A stretch of 63,776 nt of DNA, counting the filler, from Octopus bimaculoides (Eukaryota), in the NCBI RefSeq assembly GCF_001194135.2. It is 6 parts of 5 records of this genome, joined end to end, with 100 filler letters (N's around TTAATTAATTAA, not from the genome) between each part and the next. Parts side by side here need not be neighbours in the genome. Positions count along the whole stretch, not along the records: positions 1 to 20,620 come from NC_069002.1; positions 20,721 to 37,291 come from NC_068984.1; 4 more parts are not named here. One strand, written 5' to 3'. A model generated the notes under the pieces. That model did no database searches. It was not told the origin of the DNA and was given only the letters and a program-made list of their open reading frames with translations. Position numbers and translations under genes: made by a program. Every line of letters begins with the position of its first letter. The stretch's first letter is position 1. This document shows, piece by piece, positions 11,694-24,536 of this stretch.

Positions 11694-13699
11694 CATATAT
11701 ACATACGTATATGTACATGTATATGTGGGCACAGGACATCACAAAATGTGTACAAAAAAAATATACAAAGCATGAGTACATAGAACATGAACTCTTCTTT
11801 TGAACAATGAAAGACACAAATGGAAAGCAAAACAAACAACATAAAGAATGACCCTTCATCAGTTGTTGGCTGTTTTGCTAGTCTCATATTTTGAGCATTT
11901 AACAACAATATACACTTTCGATAAAACAGTTGCTTCTGCAAAGCAAATTAAATAAAATTTGGGATTTTGCAGAGGATGAAAATAGGTAAGACAAACAGGA
12001 GAGTGAAAAGAAACAGGAAGGGCTGCTAAGCCTAAACGAAGTTGTGGTGGCTAATGTGTAAATCAAGCTAGGACAGAAGGCAAACAAGAACACATCTTCC
12101 TTGTTCCAGCTACAATGGAGAGAAAGGGTGATTTCTGTGGCTGGATACCATTTCTGTCGCCAACCCTCACCTGTTTCCAGTCGAGGTAAATATTTCCCCA
12201 TGGTTAGATAAACTTCTATTCAAAGAAGACTAAAAACAAACAGCGCTGTTTGCATGACAGCTATGCTTGATTACAATCATCACATGATGTCACAACAAGC
12301 ACACACACGATGGGATTCTTTGAGTTTCCATCTATTAAATTCACTCTCAAGGTTTGCATAGGCCTGGGTCTGCAGTAGATGACACTTGCCCAAGTTGTTG
12401 TACAGCGGGACTGAACCCAAGACAACATAGTTGGGAAGCAAGCTTCTTAACCCCCCAGTCACATCATATATACACAGACACACACACACACATACAACAG
12501 CATTTCCTATGTTAATAACATGATATTGGAGGAAGATGAAAATTTGTCCAAGCATCAGCAGCAGTCTGTGAGAGCATCAGATGCATTTCAGCCTTTTGAG
12601 CCTTTTCTGTGACACACACTCAAAGCGAGTCATTTGCTTGCATGAAAATTTGATGCCTGTGATTAGGGAAAAAAGCAAATAAAACATTCGCTGATGTTGT
12701 CAACAGCTGCTTGGTGGATTAGAAATCCAGCATAAATGTGCTTGAANNNNNNNNNNNNNNNNNNNNNNNNNNNNNNNNNNNNNNNNNNNNNNNNNNNNNN
12801 NNNNNNNNNNNNNNNNNNNNNNNNNNNNNNNNNNNNNNNNNNNNNNNNNNNNNNNNNNNNNNNNNNNNNNNNNNNNNNNNNNNNNNNNNNNNNNNNNNNN
12901 NNNNNNNNNNNNNNNNNNNNNNNNNNNNNNNNNNNNNNNNNNNNNNNNNNNNNNNNNNNNNNNNNNNNNNNNNNNNNNNNNNNNNNNNNNNNNNNNNNNN
13001 NNNNGAGAGAGAGAGAGAGAGAGGGGGGGGAGAAGGAGAAAGGATGAAAGGAGAGAGAGGAGGAGAGTTTTGTAACACTAGAAAATTTGTATACACAACA
13101 AAAAGGAATCAGTAATTATTCTAACATTATCTAATTAAGTAAATTAATTAAGAATGTTGATAACAATAATACACAAACACAACCGAAATAATTTTGGTAA
13201 ACAAAAGATTTTTCTTACTCATCACACATCAAAGAATCTCTTCCATTCTTTTCTCGATTCCAGTCACTGGACTAAGGTCATGCTGGGGCAATGCCAAGAA
13301 GTGTTTATTCAACCCAATCAACTTCAGTACTTATTGTCTCCTTTTGGCCAAAATACAAAGGGACATAAACAAACAAACAAACATCAGTTGTCAAGGACCT
13401 TCCCAAGCGATAGGCTCATAAGAGCCAGTCTCCCCAGTTTGTGTGATATGTAAATTCCCCTCCTGGATGGGACGCCAGTTCATCCCAGGGTTACTCACTT
13501 TTGCTAGCTGAGTGATTTGGAGCAACATGAAATGAAGTGTTTTTCTCAAGAACACAACACACTGCCTGGTCCCAGAATTGAAACCACAATCTTACAGTCA
13601 TGAGTCCAACGCCCAAACCACTAAGCCATGTGCCACCATACACACACAAACATACTTATACACTCAGATATATATATATATATATATATACATAAAAAT

Positions 13700-13974
13700 A
13701 AATTTAATAAATAGAGTAGTACACATATGTTAAATGAATTCTTTTATTTCCGACATATGTTTCGAAGATCACAAAGGAATAAGTGATGTTGATAAAGATG
13801 TAATCTTCGGTTAAAATGTCTTACAGTTAAGTTGGATCCTATGTATTTCCCTGAAGAGAAGATTACATCTTTATCAACATCACTTATTCTTTTATTCCTT
13901 TGTAATCTTTGAAACATATGTTGGAAATAAAAGAATTCATTTAACATATGCGTATTACTCCATTTATTAAATTT
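13700..13974. mobile_element. Long fold-back element (arms of about 110 bp), probable Penelope-type pLTR plus truncated inverted copy
   Basis: Arms 13700-13808 and 13858-13974 are reverse complements apart from a few transitions and one 8-nt indel. Spacer is 49 nt. Confidence 0.85.
13844..13929 (+). ncRNA. Type I hammerhead ribozyme, complete fold
   Basis: Stem I UAUUUCC (13844-50) / GGAAAUA (13923-29). Core CUGAAGA (13851-57). 10-bp stem II GAAGAUUACA / UGUAAUCUUU. GAAA (13911-14). Palindromic stem III ACAUAUGU. GUU triplet, cleavage after 13922. Confidence 0.85.
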
Positions 13975-14518
13975 TTATATTTACTCAAATACCCAAAATA
14001 ACAGGGATTTCTACCTCATAAACAGGAGCTACACCACAGTCATTTTGTGATCTTTGCTACCCTGGTATCTATTAACCAGTTTGTTTTGTCGGAGTTAATT
14101 GTTAACTAAGAGAANNNNNNNNNNNNNNNNNNNNNNNNNNNNNNNNNNNNNNNNNNNNNNNNNNNNNNNNNNNNNNNNNNNNNNNNNNNNNNNNNNNNNN
14201 NNNNNNNNNNNNNNNNNNNNNNNNNNNNNNNNNNNNNNNNNNNNNNNNNNNNNNNNNNNNNNNNNNNNNNNNNNNNNNNNNNNNNNNNNNNNNNNNNNNN
14301 NNNNNNNNNNNNNNNNNNNNNNNNNNNNNNNNNNNNNNNNNNNNNNNNNNNNNNNNNNNNNNNNNNNNNNNNNNNNNNNNNNNNNNNNNNNNNNNNNNNN
14401 NNNNNNNNNNNNNNNNNNNNNNNNNNNNNNNNNNNNNNNNNNNNNNNNNNNNNNNNNNNNNNNNNNNNNNNNNNNNNNNNNNNNNNNNNNNNNNNNNNNN
14501 NNNNNNNNNNNNNNNNNG

Positions 14519-14808
14519 CAAGTGGCTGAGCACTCCACAGACACGTGTACCCTTAACGTAGTTCTCGGGGATATTCAGCATGACACAGTGTGACAAGGCT
14601 GACCCTTTGAATTACAGGTACAACAGAAACAGGAAGAAAGAGTGGGAGAAAGTTGTGGTGGAAGAGTACAGCAGGGTTCGCCACCATCCCCTGCCGGAGC
14701 CTCGTGGAGCTTTAGGTGTTTTCGCTCAATAAACACTCACAACGCCCGGTCTGAGAATCCTATGACTGCGAGTCCGCTGCCCTAACCACTGGGCCATTGC
14801 GCCTCCAC
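14519..14808 (-). mobile_element. tRNA SINE variant sharing the family D 3' tail
   Basis: Minus-strand head TGGAGGCGCAATGGCCCAGTGGTTAGGGCAGCGG, different middle region, same tail as the 60.4-61.0 kb copies. The B-box region appears deleted. Confidence 0.75.
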
Positions 14809-15224
14809 ACACACACACACACATATATATTTATATATACACACACACACACACATGCATACATTCCCCTTTCACACTTATTGTAGCTGGTCTTCAGCTT
14901 TTCTAAGCCCTGTAAAAGAACTTGGAAGGTTTGGCATCCAACCAGGCCTTTCCTGATACCCTTACAGCCAGGAGATTTTCAGTACCCCATCATACATATG
15001 AAAAATAAGGATAAACACAAGTTTCTCCTACATTTGCTCTGTAGCTCATAACATAATTGGTAACACTGATTGATGTGGAAGTTACTTAACAACTACACAA
15101 AAATCAAACTGGGTTACGAAAATCTACATAGAGCTCTAACCAAAAATGTAGCAGTCATAAATCTATCTGTACACATAATTTCTACTAAACACACACATAT
15201 ATACACACACACATACCCCCACAT

Positions 15225-15704
15225 GTCACCTGGATCAGCCAGGCTGACTGGTGCCAAGTCGGCTCCGATGGCCACAGCGTTCGCTCCATGCTCCTCGTGC
15301 TCACGCCATTCACCTCCACGTTGCTCCAAACATTTTCCTTAAATAATCTTCCCACCTGACTGGAGGTCTTCTGAGTGGCCTCTAGACAAGGCAACTCACG
15401 TTAATCTCTGCAACAGCACATCTATATATATATATATGTATACATATATATATAATAATATGCATGTGAGACTTGGGCCTTGATGAAAAGAGAACAACAA
15501 CATCTGCTTCCAGTGCAGAGAGCCATGGAAAGGTCGACGTTGGGAATCTCGCTAAGAGATCACATCCAGAACAAAGAGATCAGAAATAGAAGTGGAGTGA
15601 AGGACATTGTTGCAGAATATCACCATACAAAGCTATGATGGGCTGGTCACGTCGCAAGGTTGACAAACAATCGGTGAGCCCGTGAAATTGTTGAGCGGAA
15701 GTGA
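15225..15704. mobile_element. 5'-truncated RTE-clade LINE with internal inversion
   Basis: Plus strand 15459-15700 encodes YACETWAL...QRAMERSTLGISLRDHI...WAGHVAR (with stops). Minus strand 15383-15225 encodes the continuation RPLRRPPVRWEDYL. TSD CCCCACAT at 15217-15224 and 15705-15712. Confidence 0.85.
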
Positions 15705-16197
15705 CCCCACATATATAGGACTTTAGCACAGTTTTTGACCAAACATATTCACTTATGGGGACATAGGTCAACCTAAGGCCCCAAGCAGAAAACACTTGCC
15801 TGAGTTGCCACATAGAAATAGAAAAAACATTATCAAAGCCAACAAACGATCTCAAAATGGACCGAACCCCTTAACCATATTGCCCAGCCATACTTGTCCC
15901 TGTTATACTTCCACACTTCAAAAATAAATATTTAAAAAAAAAAACTTGAAAATAAATAATTTAGAAAATGGTAGAAAAAGTGGTTGCAAAGAAGACAATA
16001 AAAAGAATTAAAGTGATAAGAAGTTTTATAATTTATTTATAACTTTCTTGTGTCCCCCATTTCTGTAATTTTAGGGCAACGGCACAATCACGGATCCGCG
16101 ACATATAACACCTGTCGACTATTCCTTGTAAAACTGCAGAGTTTGAAATGAAACCAAGATCTGATTCCAACTGTATTCTTCAATCAGTCACATCTGA

Positions 16198-16240
<43 letters not shown>

Positions 16241-16250
16241 NNNNNNNNNN

Positions 16251-16290
<40 letters not shown>

Positions 16291-16340
16291 GGGATATATG
16301 TGTGTATGTACATGTATATATGTATATGCATATATGTGTT

Positions 16341-16388
<48 letters not shown>

Positions 16389-16581
16389 CACATACATACA
16401 CACAGACATACATATATGTATGTATATACGTATATATATATGTATATAAAATAAAGCAGTATTCACTGTTGATTGTAGTGATCGTAAAAAAGGCCTTATG
16501 TGGTGAGGAAGAGAAAACATATTAGTCACTGGCTAATATCGTTTTAAATATTTTAAATATTTTGGAAATTATGAGAGAGAA

Positions 16582-16623
16582 TTACATTCATGTTTCAGTC
16601 TTTTTATGACCTCATCAGTGAAA
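16582..16623 (-). ncRNA. Degenerate solo hammerhead motif
   Basis: UUUCA-CUGAUGA-GGUC[auaaaaa]GACU-GAAA-CAUG-A-A-UGUAA. U16.1 is replaced by A; stem I has 4 of 5 pairs. Confidence 0.6.
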
Positions 16624-17904
16624 CAAGCTTCTCAGATGGATGTTATTGCAGTGTTCTTCATGCACAAGACGTCTGAGTCATTATATATACATATTATAAA
16701 TATATACACACATACATACATACATACATATTTTTATTATTATATAGATATATTCATATTATATCTCTTATAAATGTTATATGCAATATATAATTATATA
16801 CCATGTATATATATATATACATACATACATACTCTATGTGTGTGCATATATATCACATTTGCATGTTCATCTTATGTCATATATATATCATCATCATCAT
16901 CGTTTAACGTCCGCTTTCCATGCTAGCATGGGTTGGACGATTTGACTGAGGACTGGTGAAACCGGATGGCAACACCAACACACATACACACATACATACA
17001 TACATACAAACACACAAACAAGCACACACACGCATACATGAGTTTAGTGAGATATGTCAGAGATACTTGAGGCCCATCAGCAGCAAAAACAATGGTAGAA
17101 CAGAAGAAATCATTTGGTAATTATTGGCCTAGTCTTACAGTGGAGGCAGCTGAAGTGCTTAAATAATCTTGTAATCGGAGAGGTTATTGCAAAGGGAGGT
17201 AAGGAAGAGAAAATACGAAAAAGACGGACTTCAAGGAAAAGACAATTAACCAACAACAGCATAGCACCAGTCTTCAGAAATGGCAACAGCCATGGCAGTA
17301 GGAACTGCATAAGATTTGAAACTTCTGCAAGAGAGTTATGTCAGTAGTGGGGGGCTATGTCGTCTTGATTTTCTATTGGAAGGTTGAAATATTTCTTTGT
17401 CTTCATTAGGCTGCAACTGAGATGTGTCTTACCAGACTGTTCCAGGAGTCTCTGCTCCACCACCCGGCCACTAATAGTTAAATAGTTGAACAATGGCTGA
17501 AGTTCTGAAACCAACCACTACCTTGATGATGAATTTAGTTTCTTAAAATAGACCAGAACTTATTAATGCAACTATACAGAAAACAAGGTCTTAAAACAGC
17601 CATGCCGAAAATATCTATCACAACTAGTGTTAGCAAGAGAGTATTTTAGAGCAAATAAATGAAATCATTATTATTATTATTATTATTATTTTGTGATGAA
17701 AACTCTCAGCTTATTTTGCTGGATATGATGGAAAGTGTCATCTGCCCATAGCCAGCAGACTAAAATGACACTTGTTTACTGGTCATGCTTCAAGAACCCT
17801 GCAGAGAACCGTTGCACTTCCAAACAATGATTATTTTTGTAGGTGTTCTATCTTTACATTTGCACCAATCTTTTTGTCTGGTCTTGTGCCAAAATTTGAA
17901 ACCC

Positions 17905-17942
<38 letters not shown>

Positions 17943-18354
17943 GTTTCGACCTTGCTTCAACTTCTACAACTTCTACCCTGCACAAGTCTCAACCAGACAC
18001 ATTAACGGGCAACAAGATTTTGCATCTAAAGATGCTGACATGTGAGGTGCTGTGCAATTGGATACACTGATGTCTATGACAGAAAAAAAAAGACCCAGAA
18101 AATGAACGAATAAGGGATGCATTTACATGGAGAGGAATCTACATAGAATATGTTAGGTGGTCATAAGTATGATCTTTTACAAACGTTTTCTTTTCGGACA
18201 AAACCCTTTGTAACCTTGGTCCTGTCTTTGTCCTTACATGTTTTTAATTTATATTAGCCCTTGTGGCCAATAAAACCAGAATTAATTATTATTATTATGT
18301 AATCGACTAGCTCTCTCTCACAAAATTTCAGGCCTCATGCTGACAATAGAAAGA

Positions 18355-18408
<54 letters not shown>

Positions 18409-18814
18409 GCTAATGCAGCAGATGGATGGTGGATTGGAAAAAATTATAAGAGCAATATTTCTTCTGAGACTTTGTGTTCTGAGTTCAAATCTCACCAAGG
18501 TACAAGTCTGGTAATGGGGGTCAATGTAACAGACTGACCCCTCACCATTCAAAATTGTTGACCTGGGGTCAACATTTAGAAACGATCATTATTAGGGTGG
18601 TACAGTGGTATAACAGGCTAGTGACATTTAGTAATGTGCCTCTCAATCACAAGTTCAAATCGTACCAGGGTTAAACTTTGCCTTCCAATGTTATTGGTTT
18701 GTTACAAAATATTCAGAAAACAACTTTAAAAAAAGATAAGAAATCTTAACTGATTATTTTCATTTAAGAAAGAAATCATTATTTAATTACTGAAAAAGAA
18801 AATTCTCAACATTA

Positions 18815-18850
<36 letters not shown>

Positions 18851-19379
18851 NNNNNNNNNNNNNNNNNNNNNNNNNNNNNNNNNNNNNNNNNNNNNNNNNN
18901 NNNNNNNNNNNNNNNNNNNNNNNNNNNNNNNNNNNNNNNNNNNNNNNNNNNNNNNNNNNNNNNNNNNNNNNNNNNNNNNNNNNNNNNNNNNNNNNNNNNN
19001 NNNNNNNNNNNNNNNNNNNNNNNNNNNNNNNNNNNNNNNNNNNNNNNNNNNNNNNNNNNNNNNNNNTATACAAAGAACAATATACCCATCGTGACCACCC
19101 ATCCGATAAGGGTACACCAGGCACATGCATCACAACCATATGTGCACAACGTGGTGACCTCATATCAAGACAAACAGTGCACGACCTTGCAAGTGGGCCC
19201 AGTTAGAATTTTCTTCAAGTTGAGTAACCCGTCTCCCTCAAAAGGTCCCTGAATAAAGGTTATTTAAGGATGATGAATGAAATACTATTATTTTTCTATA
19301 CCTCTCACAGTGACTTCGTTATCATTTCAGACTGTAAAATCAATTACCTGGCACTTTCTGTTCTCTTTGTCTACGTCTA

Positions 19380-19850
19380 CTAAATCAGGCCTTCTAGCTT
19401 CTATTACTCTCTCAGTTTGAATGTTAAAGTCCCACAACATCTTGTATTTACCATTTATCAGTATGGTCAAATCCTAGATTTCTACATAACTCTCAGTAGA
19501 TTACCCTCCCTCGGTTGTCATGTCTTTTCTTGTATTATTATTATTAATATTAATATTATCATTATTCTCTTTAAATCAGGTTTTGTTGGAACTCCTGGAG
19601 TCTTGCATGCTTAGGGTACCATGTTATCTGTTGTTTTCAAATGTCTAATACTTTTCTGATTATTCTGGCTGTGCTAAGGAGGCAAACTTTTTGTAACAGT
19701 TCTACAGGGCACTCTATTCCGATTTCATAAATATTCTCCTTGATGCCTTCTGGTACTGGATACTGTCCTCAAGGACCCTACAATAATTGGCACTATCTCC
19801 TCCTTCTTCATTTTCCATAGCCAGGTTATTTCATACTTAAGACAACTGTA
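19380..19850 (-). mobile_element. R4/Dong-like RLE LINE 3' remnant
   Basis: Minus-strand translation gives LKYEITWLWKMKKEEIVPIIVG-like endonuclease C-terminal sequence, adjacent to (TTA)n. Confidence 0.6.
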
Positions 19851-20513
19851 TTATTATTATTATTATTATTGTTGTTGTTGTTGTTATTTTTTTTTTTACA
19901 AATTCTGACGAGGTCGACTTTACCGTTCATCCTTTCGGGGTCGATAAATTAAGGTACCAGTTAAATACTGGGTCGATGTAATCGAATCACCCCTCTCCCA
20001 AAACTGCTGCCCTTGACAAAATTTGAAATCATTTTTATTATTATTACTTTTATGATTATTATTATTATTATTATTATCATTATTATCTTTATTATTTATT
20101 GAACTGTGTACCAATCCTAATCACTTCAGCCACGTTCTAATAGGAACAGCCATTAATTTCCCTTCCTGTTTCCATTTAACAACAGTTTTGACCAAATGAT
20201 TATCAAAAAAATATTCTAGTAGTTTTGGAGGTTTTACCACCACTCATCCTAAAACTACAATTTTTTCTACTGGTACAGGACTGTGCTGACCACTAAATAT
20301 ACTCGACGTAGGTTCAATTTGATATCTCTTCTGTGTAGAAAGATGTTAGTGTTTCCACGTATCTCTAATGAAAATGATGAAAATATGATATAACAATTGT
20401 TAATATATAACTAATATATGTTACTAGTTTATAACTAATACATAATAAATATGTAATGAAAACTATATGCTAGGATGGGCACAGGAAAACATGCAGAAGC
20501 ATTACATACATAC

Positions 20514-20561
<48 letters not shown>

Positions 20562-20664
20562 CACATGCACACATATATATATGTACATCTATGTGTGTGT
20601 ATGTATGTGTATATATATATNNNNNNNNNNNNNNNNNNNNNNNNNNNNNNNNNNNNNNNNNNNN

Positions 20665-20676
20665 TTAATTAATTAA
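20665..20676. other. Scaffolding linker TTAATTAATTAA inside an N gap (assembly artefact)
   Basis: Identical 12-mer flanked by Ns here and at about 37336, 47007, 57191 and 62103. It places stop codons in all six frames. Confidence 0.95.
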
Positions 20677-20722
20677 NNNNNNNNNNNNNNNNNNNNNNNN
20701 NNNNNNNNNNNNNNNNNNNNTA

Positions 20723-20753
<31 letters not shown>

Positions 20754-21749
20754 GTGAGAAAGCAATCTTTATTACCAACTTAATATGGAGGTTCTGTTAG
20801 AACACTGAACACAAAAAACCTAGAGAGAACATTTGTTTTTTAATGTTCAAACAAGCTAGATCTGGTTTTCACACTTACCCAACATTGTCATTCTAATAAT
20901 AAATAATCACACCATTGAAATCTTGAAGCTATGATATAATGCAGGATTAATTTAAAACAATGTAACTAATAAGCATAACTTAACAAGGTAATCTGAATGT
21001 TAAAGGGTGAAAGACTGAGGGTGTCTCAGAGAACTATATTCAGTATATCCTTCCTATTTTTTAAAGGCCTTTTAGATTGTGATTTGAGAAAGATTTAACT
21101 GTTATTTCTTGCAAGCCAAATGATCACATAGAGGCTCCCATGTTGATCTCTTCAATGTTTTGTCTTTAATATAGTGATAAGGCCCAATTTAGTCCCTCTA
21201 GAGAGAGAAGCATATTAGGCATTTACCAAAAATGTGAAAGAGTTCTTGATTCCTGGAGTGGATTACTCTATTATTGTTTTCGAATGAAGTTTGTACTAAG
21301 ATTAGGGCAGTATATGATAAAACAAAGGTTGAAATTATACTAAAAATAAGGCAAATTAGACAGAACAAATGTTGAAATTACATTAAGATTAAGGCAAGTT
21401 CAGAAAAAAGCAAGACAAAACAATACAAACAAACAGAAAACATAACAAATAATATAAAAACAGTGATGAGAAGTAATTTACCAAATAAATTTGCAATGAA
21501 TGCTAGTATTTTGTTGTTGTTTTTCTCACAACAAAAACTGATATATATTTTTCTTTGAAGTACAAGATGCAAAGCTTATTTGTTGCTTAAAGATAGTTAC
21601 TGGAATGTCTTTTCTTTTTCAAACAATATAGAACAATGTTTATTGAAAAGTGCTGCTGGGAAGCCTTTTGAATGTTTCTATAATATTATATTGTATATTT
21701 TCCTTATATGGAATATCGTCTTTAGTTATTTTGCTTTATTTGTAATGCA

Positions 21750-21874
<125 letters not shown>

Positions 21875-23689
21875 AAAAAAATAATAGTAATAATAATAAT
21901 AATGACAGCAGCAAGCAACAACAACAACACTAATAATTCTTTCTTTTATTTTGCCAGCAGAGCCATACAGCATGATGCAAAAATGGGATTACAAAAATAT
22001 TTAGGATGTATGTACATAGTTATATAAAAAAACTATGGATGGGGACAAGGTTTTTAAACAATCTTTTTAGTGACATATTAAAAATCTGTAGCATAAACAC
22101 TGATAAATTACATCAAAGAAAGAAATGTATCCATACATAAATATAAAGAATTTCATGCAAACAAAAACAAATAAGAGTAATCCACCCACAATCGTCTTAG
22201 AAGCTGCCACCTGGGTTCAACCAGGGCATTCTTTAGCCCCAACCACCCTTTTTTTTTTCATGTCATCAACATTTATGTATTCAGAATATTCAGTTTTAAA
22301 AGTACCTCTAGACAACTCCAGTGTTAGAATGGATAAGAAAGGGACCACTTTCTTCTTGTAAGTAAGGTATGGCAGTTCGTAGACTATTAGACTGGTTCTT
22401 ATTTAGCAATTAATCATTTGCGTGATTCCACATAGTCAAAACCCATCCCTTCCTACACATTATCTTTACTTTCTTCTCACTGCAGTTCATTAAAAATTGC
22501 TCAGCTCCTCATTGGCTATTCAACAGACTGTAAACTTCATTCAGTTCCAGGAGAAATTGACTCTTCTTTGTGTGTTTTGCTTTCTGTTTAAGTTCAGTTG
22601 TGGAGAGAGATCCCCCCCCCCCACCTTAACTGTAAGTGTTTACTGCCCCTGTTTACACTGTTTCTTCCTTTTTTTTTGCAAGATAATATGATACTACTGA
22701 TTGTGACTAGAGGGCGAGACCTTTAGTTGTTGGCTACTGCTATTTAAAACAAGATTACATCTTCTATATGTAAATATGCTCTGGTGGCACTCTGGAAACA
22801 ACTACGTCTGTAATATTCTGTTGCTGTCTCTCTTGTCTGTTTTCTCTTTCTTTGATTTTTCATCTATGGATAACTCTTAATACAACCTGGACTTTTACAC
22901 TGCACCACCTTTCTCTCTTAACCCATTAGCATTTTAACTAGCCATATCCAGCTTAAATGTTCTATCTGTTTTATGTTAAAACTGGATAGATTTGGCCTCT
23001 TACACCAACCTTATAATGTCATTCTAAAAGTAAACAATGACACCATTGAAAGCTCAAAGCTAAAGGATAATGCATGATTAATTTTTAAAAGTGTGAAGAA
23101 ATAAGCATTACATTTGCCAGAGTAATCTGAATGTTAAATGCAAGGTTGGTTTGTTTTATGCTTTTTTTAAGGGTCATCAGGACCAGCATATCTAGCCAGA
23201 CCATTTTGACTAAATACCATCCCATGTCTCTTATAGGATACTGCCATATTATAATATAGATTTCTAGTACATCAGTTTCTCCTGCATTCATGCCTCATCC
23301 TAAGTTTTGAAAACCATGCACACACTTCCATATTTTCTATAATTGGAGTAAGAAATTCAAATAGGGTGAATTTATGAACACAACAATCTAAAGGTGGAAA
23401 TAATTGTTAAAAATTAAAAACAACAGGAGATCTTCAGTGAGCCATTGAAAATACCCCATTTCAATGATAAAATATGCACCAGCAAAAATACAAGCCTGAT
23501 CATCACAGATTTAATAAAAACAAACAGGAAAATCAATATCACTAGGTTGTATTAATAGTATATCCAGCTACTGGTGTTATTCAAAAGGAAAGTGAGTACT
23601 CCCTCAGATCTTTTTAGATAGGAGTATCAAAACCCAAACAGACAGCTTGGAAAACAAATGTATAGAAAAGATACAAAATAAGAGAAAAG

Positions 23690-24080
23690 GTATACCAGTC
23701 CATGATGAAATCAATAGCAAAATGAAAAAAACTGAAAACAAGGAAGAAAGGCAAATGCTATAGAATTATGAGATACAGAACTGAAGTATCTGAAATCAAA
23801 GAATGTTTGACACGATAGATGCTTGCTAAACCACAAAATCAAATCCATCTTATGAAGAGTGACAAGTTTCTTTGAACAAATCAATAGTTCAGTTCCAACC
23901 CAAACTATTTTACCAAGAATCAGGTAAAAATAAAATAGAAACGAATGTAACTCCAACAGCAAAGGAAGTAGAAGAATTCTGGCAGGTGTATGGGCAGTGA
24001 AGTGATCACAATAGAAGATATTGTTAAAAACAATGAACACAACACTGCAATAATGGTAGGAAAGCATTGTTGAAGTCATG
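23690..24080 (+). mobile_element. Decayed R4/Dong-like LINE ORF fragment
   Basis: Broken frame resembling the QFxSNPKLFYQ and TPTAKEVEEFW motifs of this clade. Recognised from memory of the family, not from an alignment. Confidence 0.4.
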
Positions 24081-24476
24081 GTGTTAGTCAGTAGCAGACT
24101 ACTATGGCTGGTAGATGATGCCCTTAATTTTCACAGAATTTGGGTACATATATTTGGTAGATGAGTGAGTTGACTTTCTCTTAGCAATATTGTTGATATT
24201 TATAATTAGTGTCACTACATTCTCTTTAATGTTGTGTATATATATATATATATTCTTTTACTTGTTTCAGTCATTTGACTGTGGCCATGCTGGAGCACTG
24301 CCTTTAGTCGAGCAAATCGACGCCAGGACTTATTCTTTGTAAGCCCAGTACTTATACTATTGGTCTGTTTTGCTGAACCGCTAAGTTACAGGGACGTAAA
24401 CACACCAGCATCAGTTGTCAAGCGATGTTGGCAGGGACAAACACAGACACACAAACATATGCACACACACACACAT

Positions 24477-24536
<60 letters not shown>

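Noticed and set aside
11830-11870. Minus-strand CUGAUGA-AGGG...CUUU
   Set aside because: No GAAA element.
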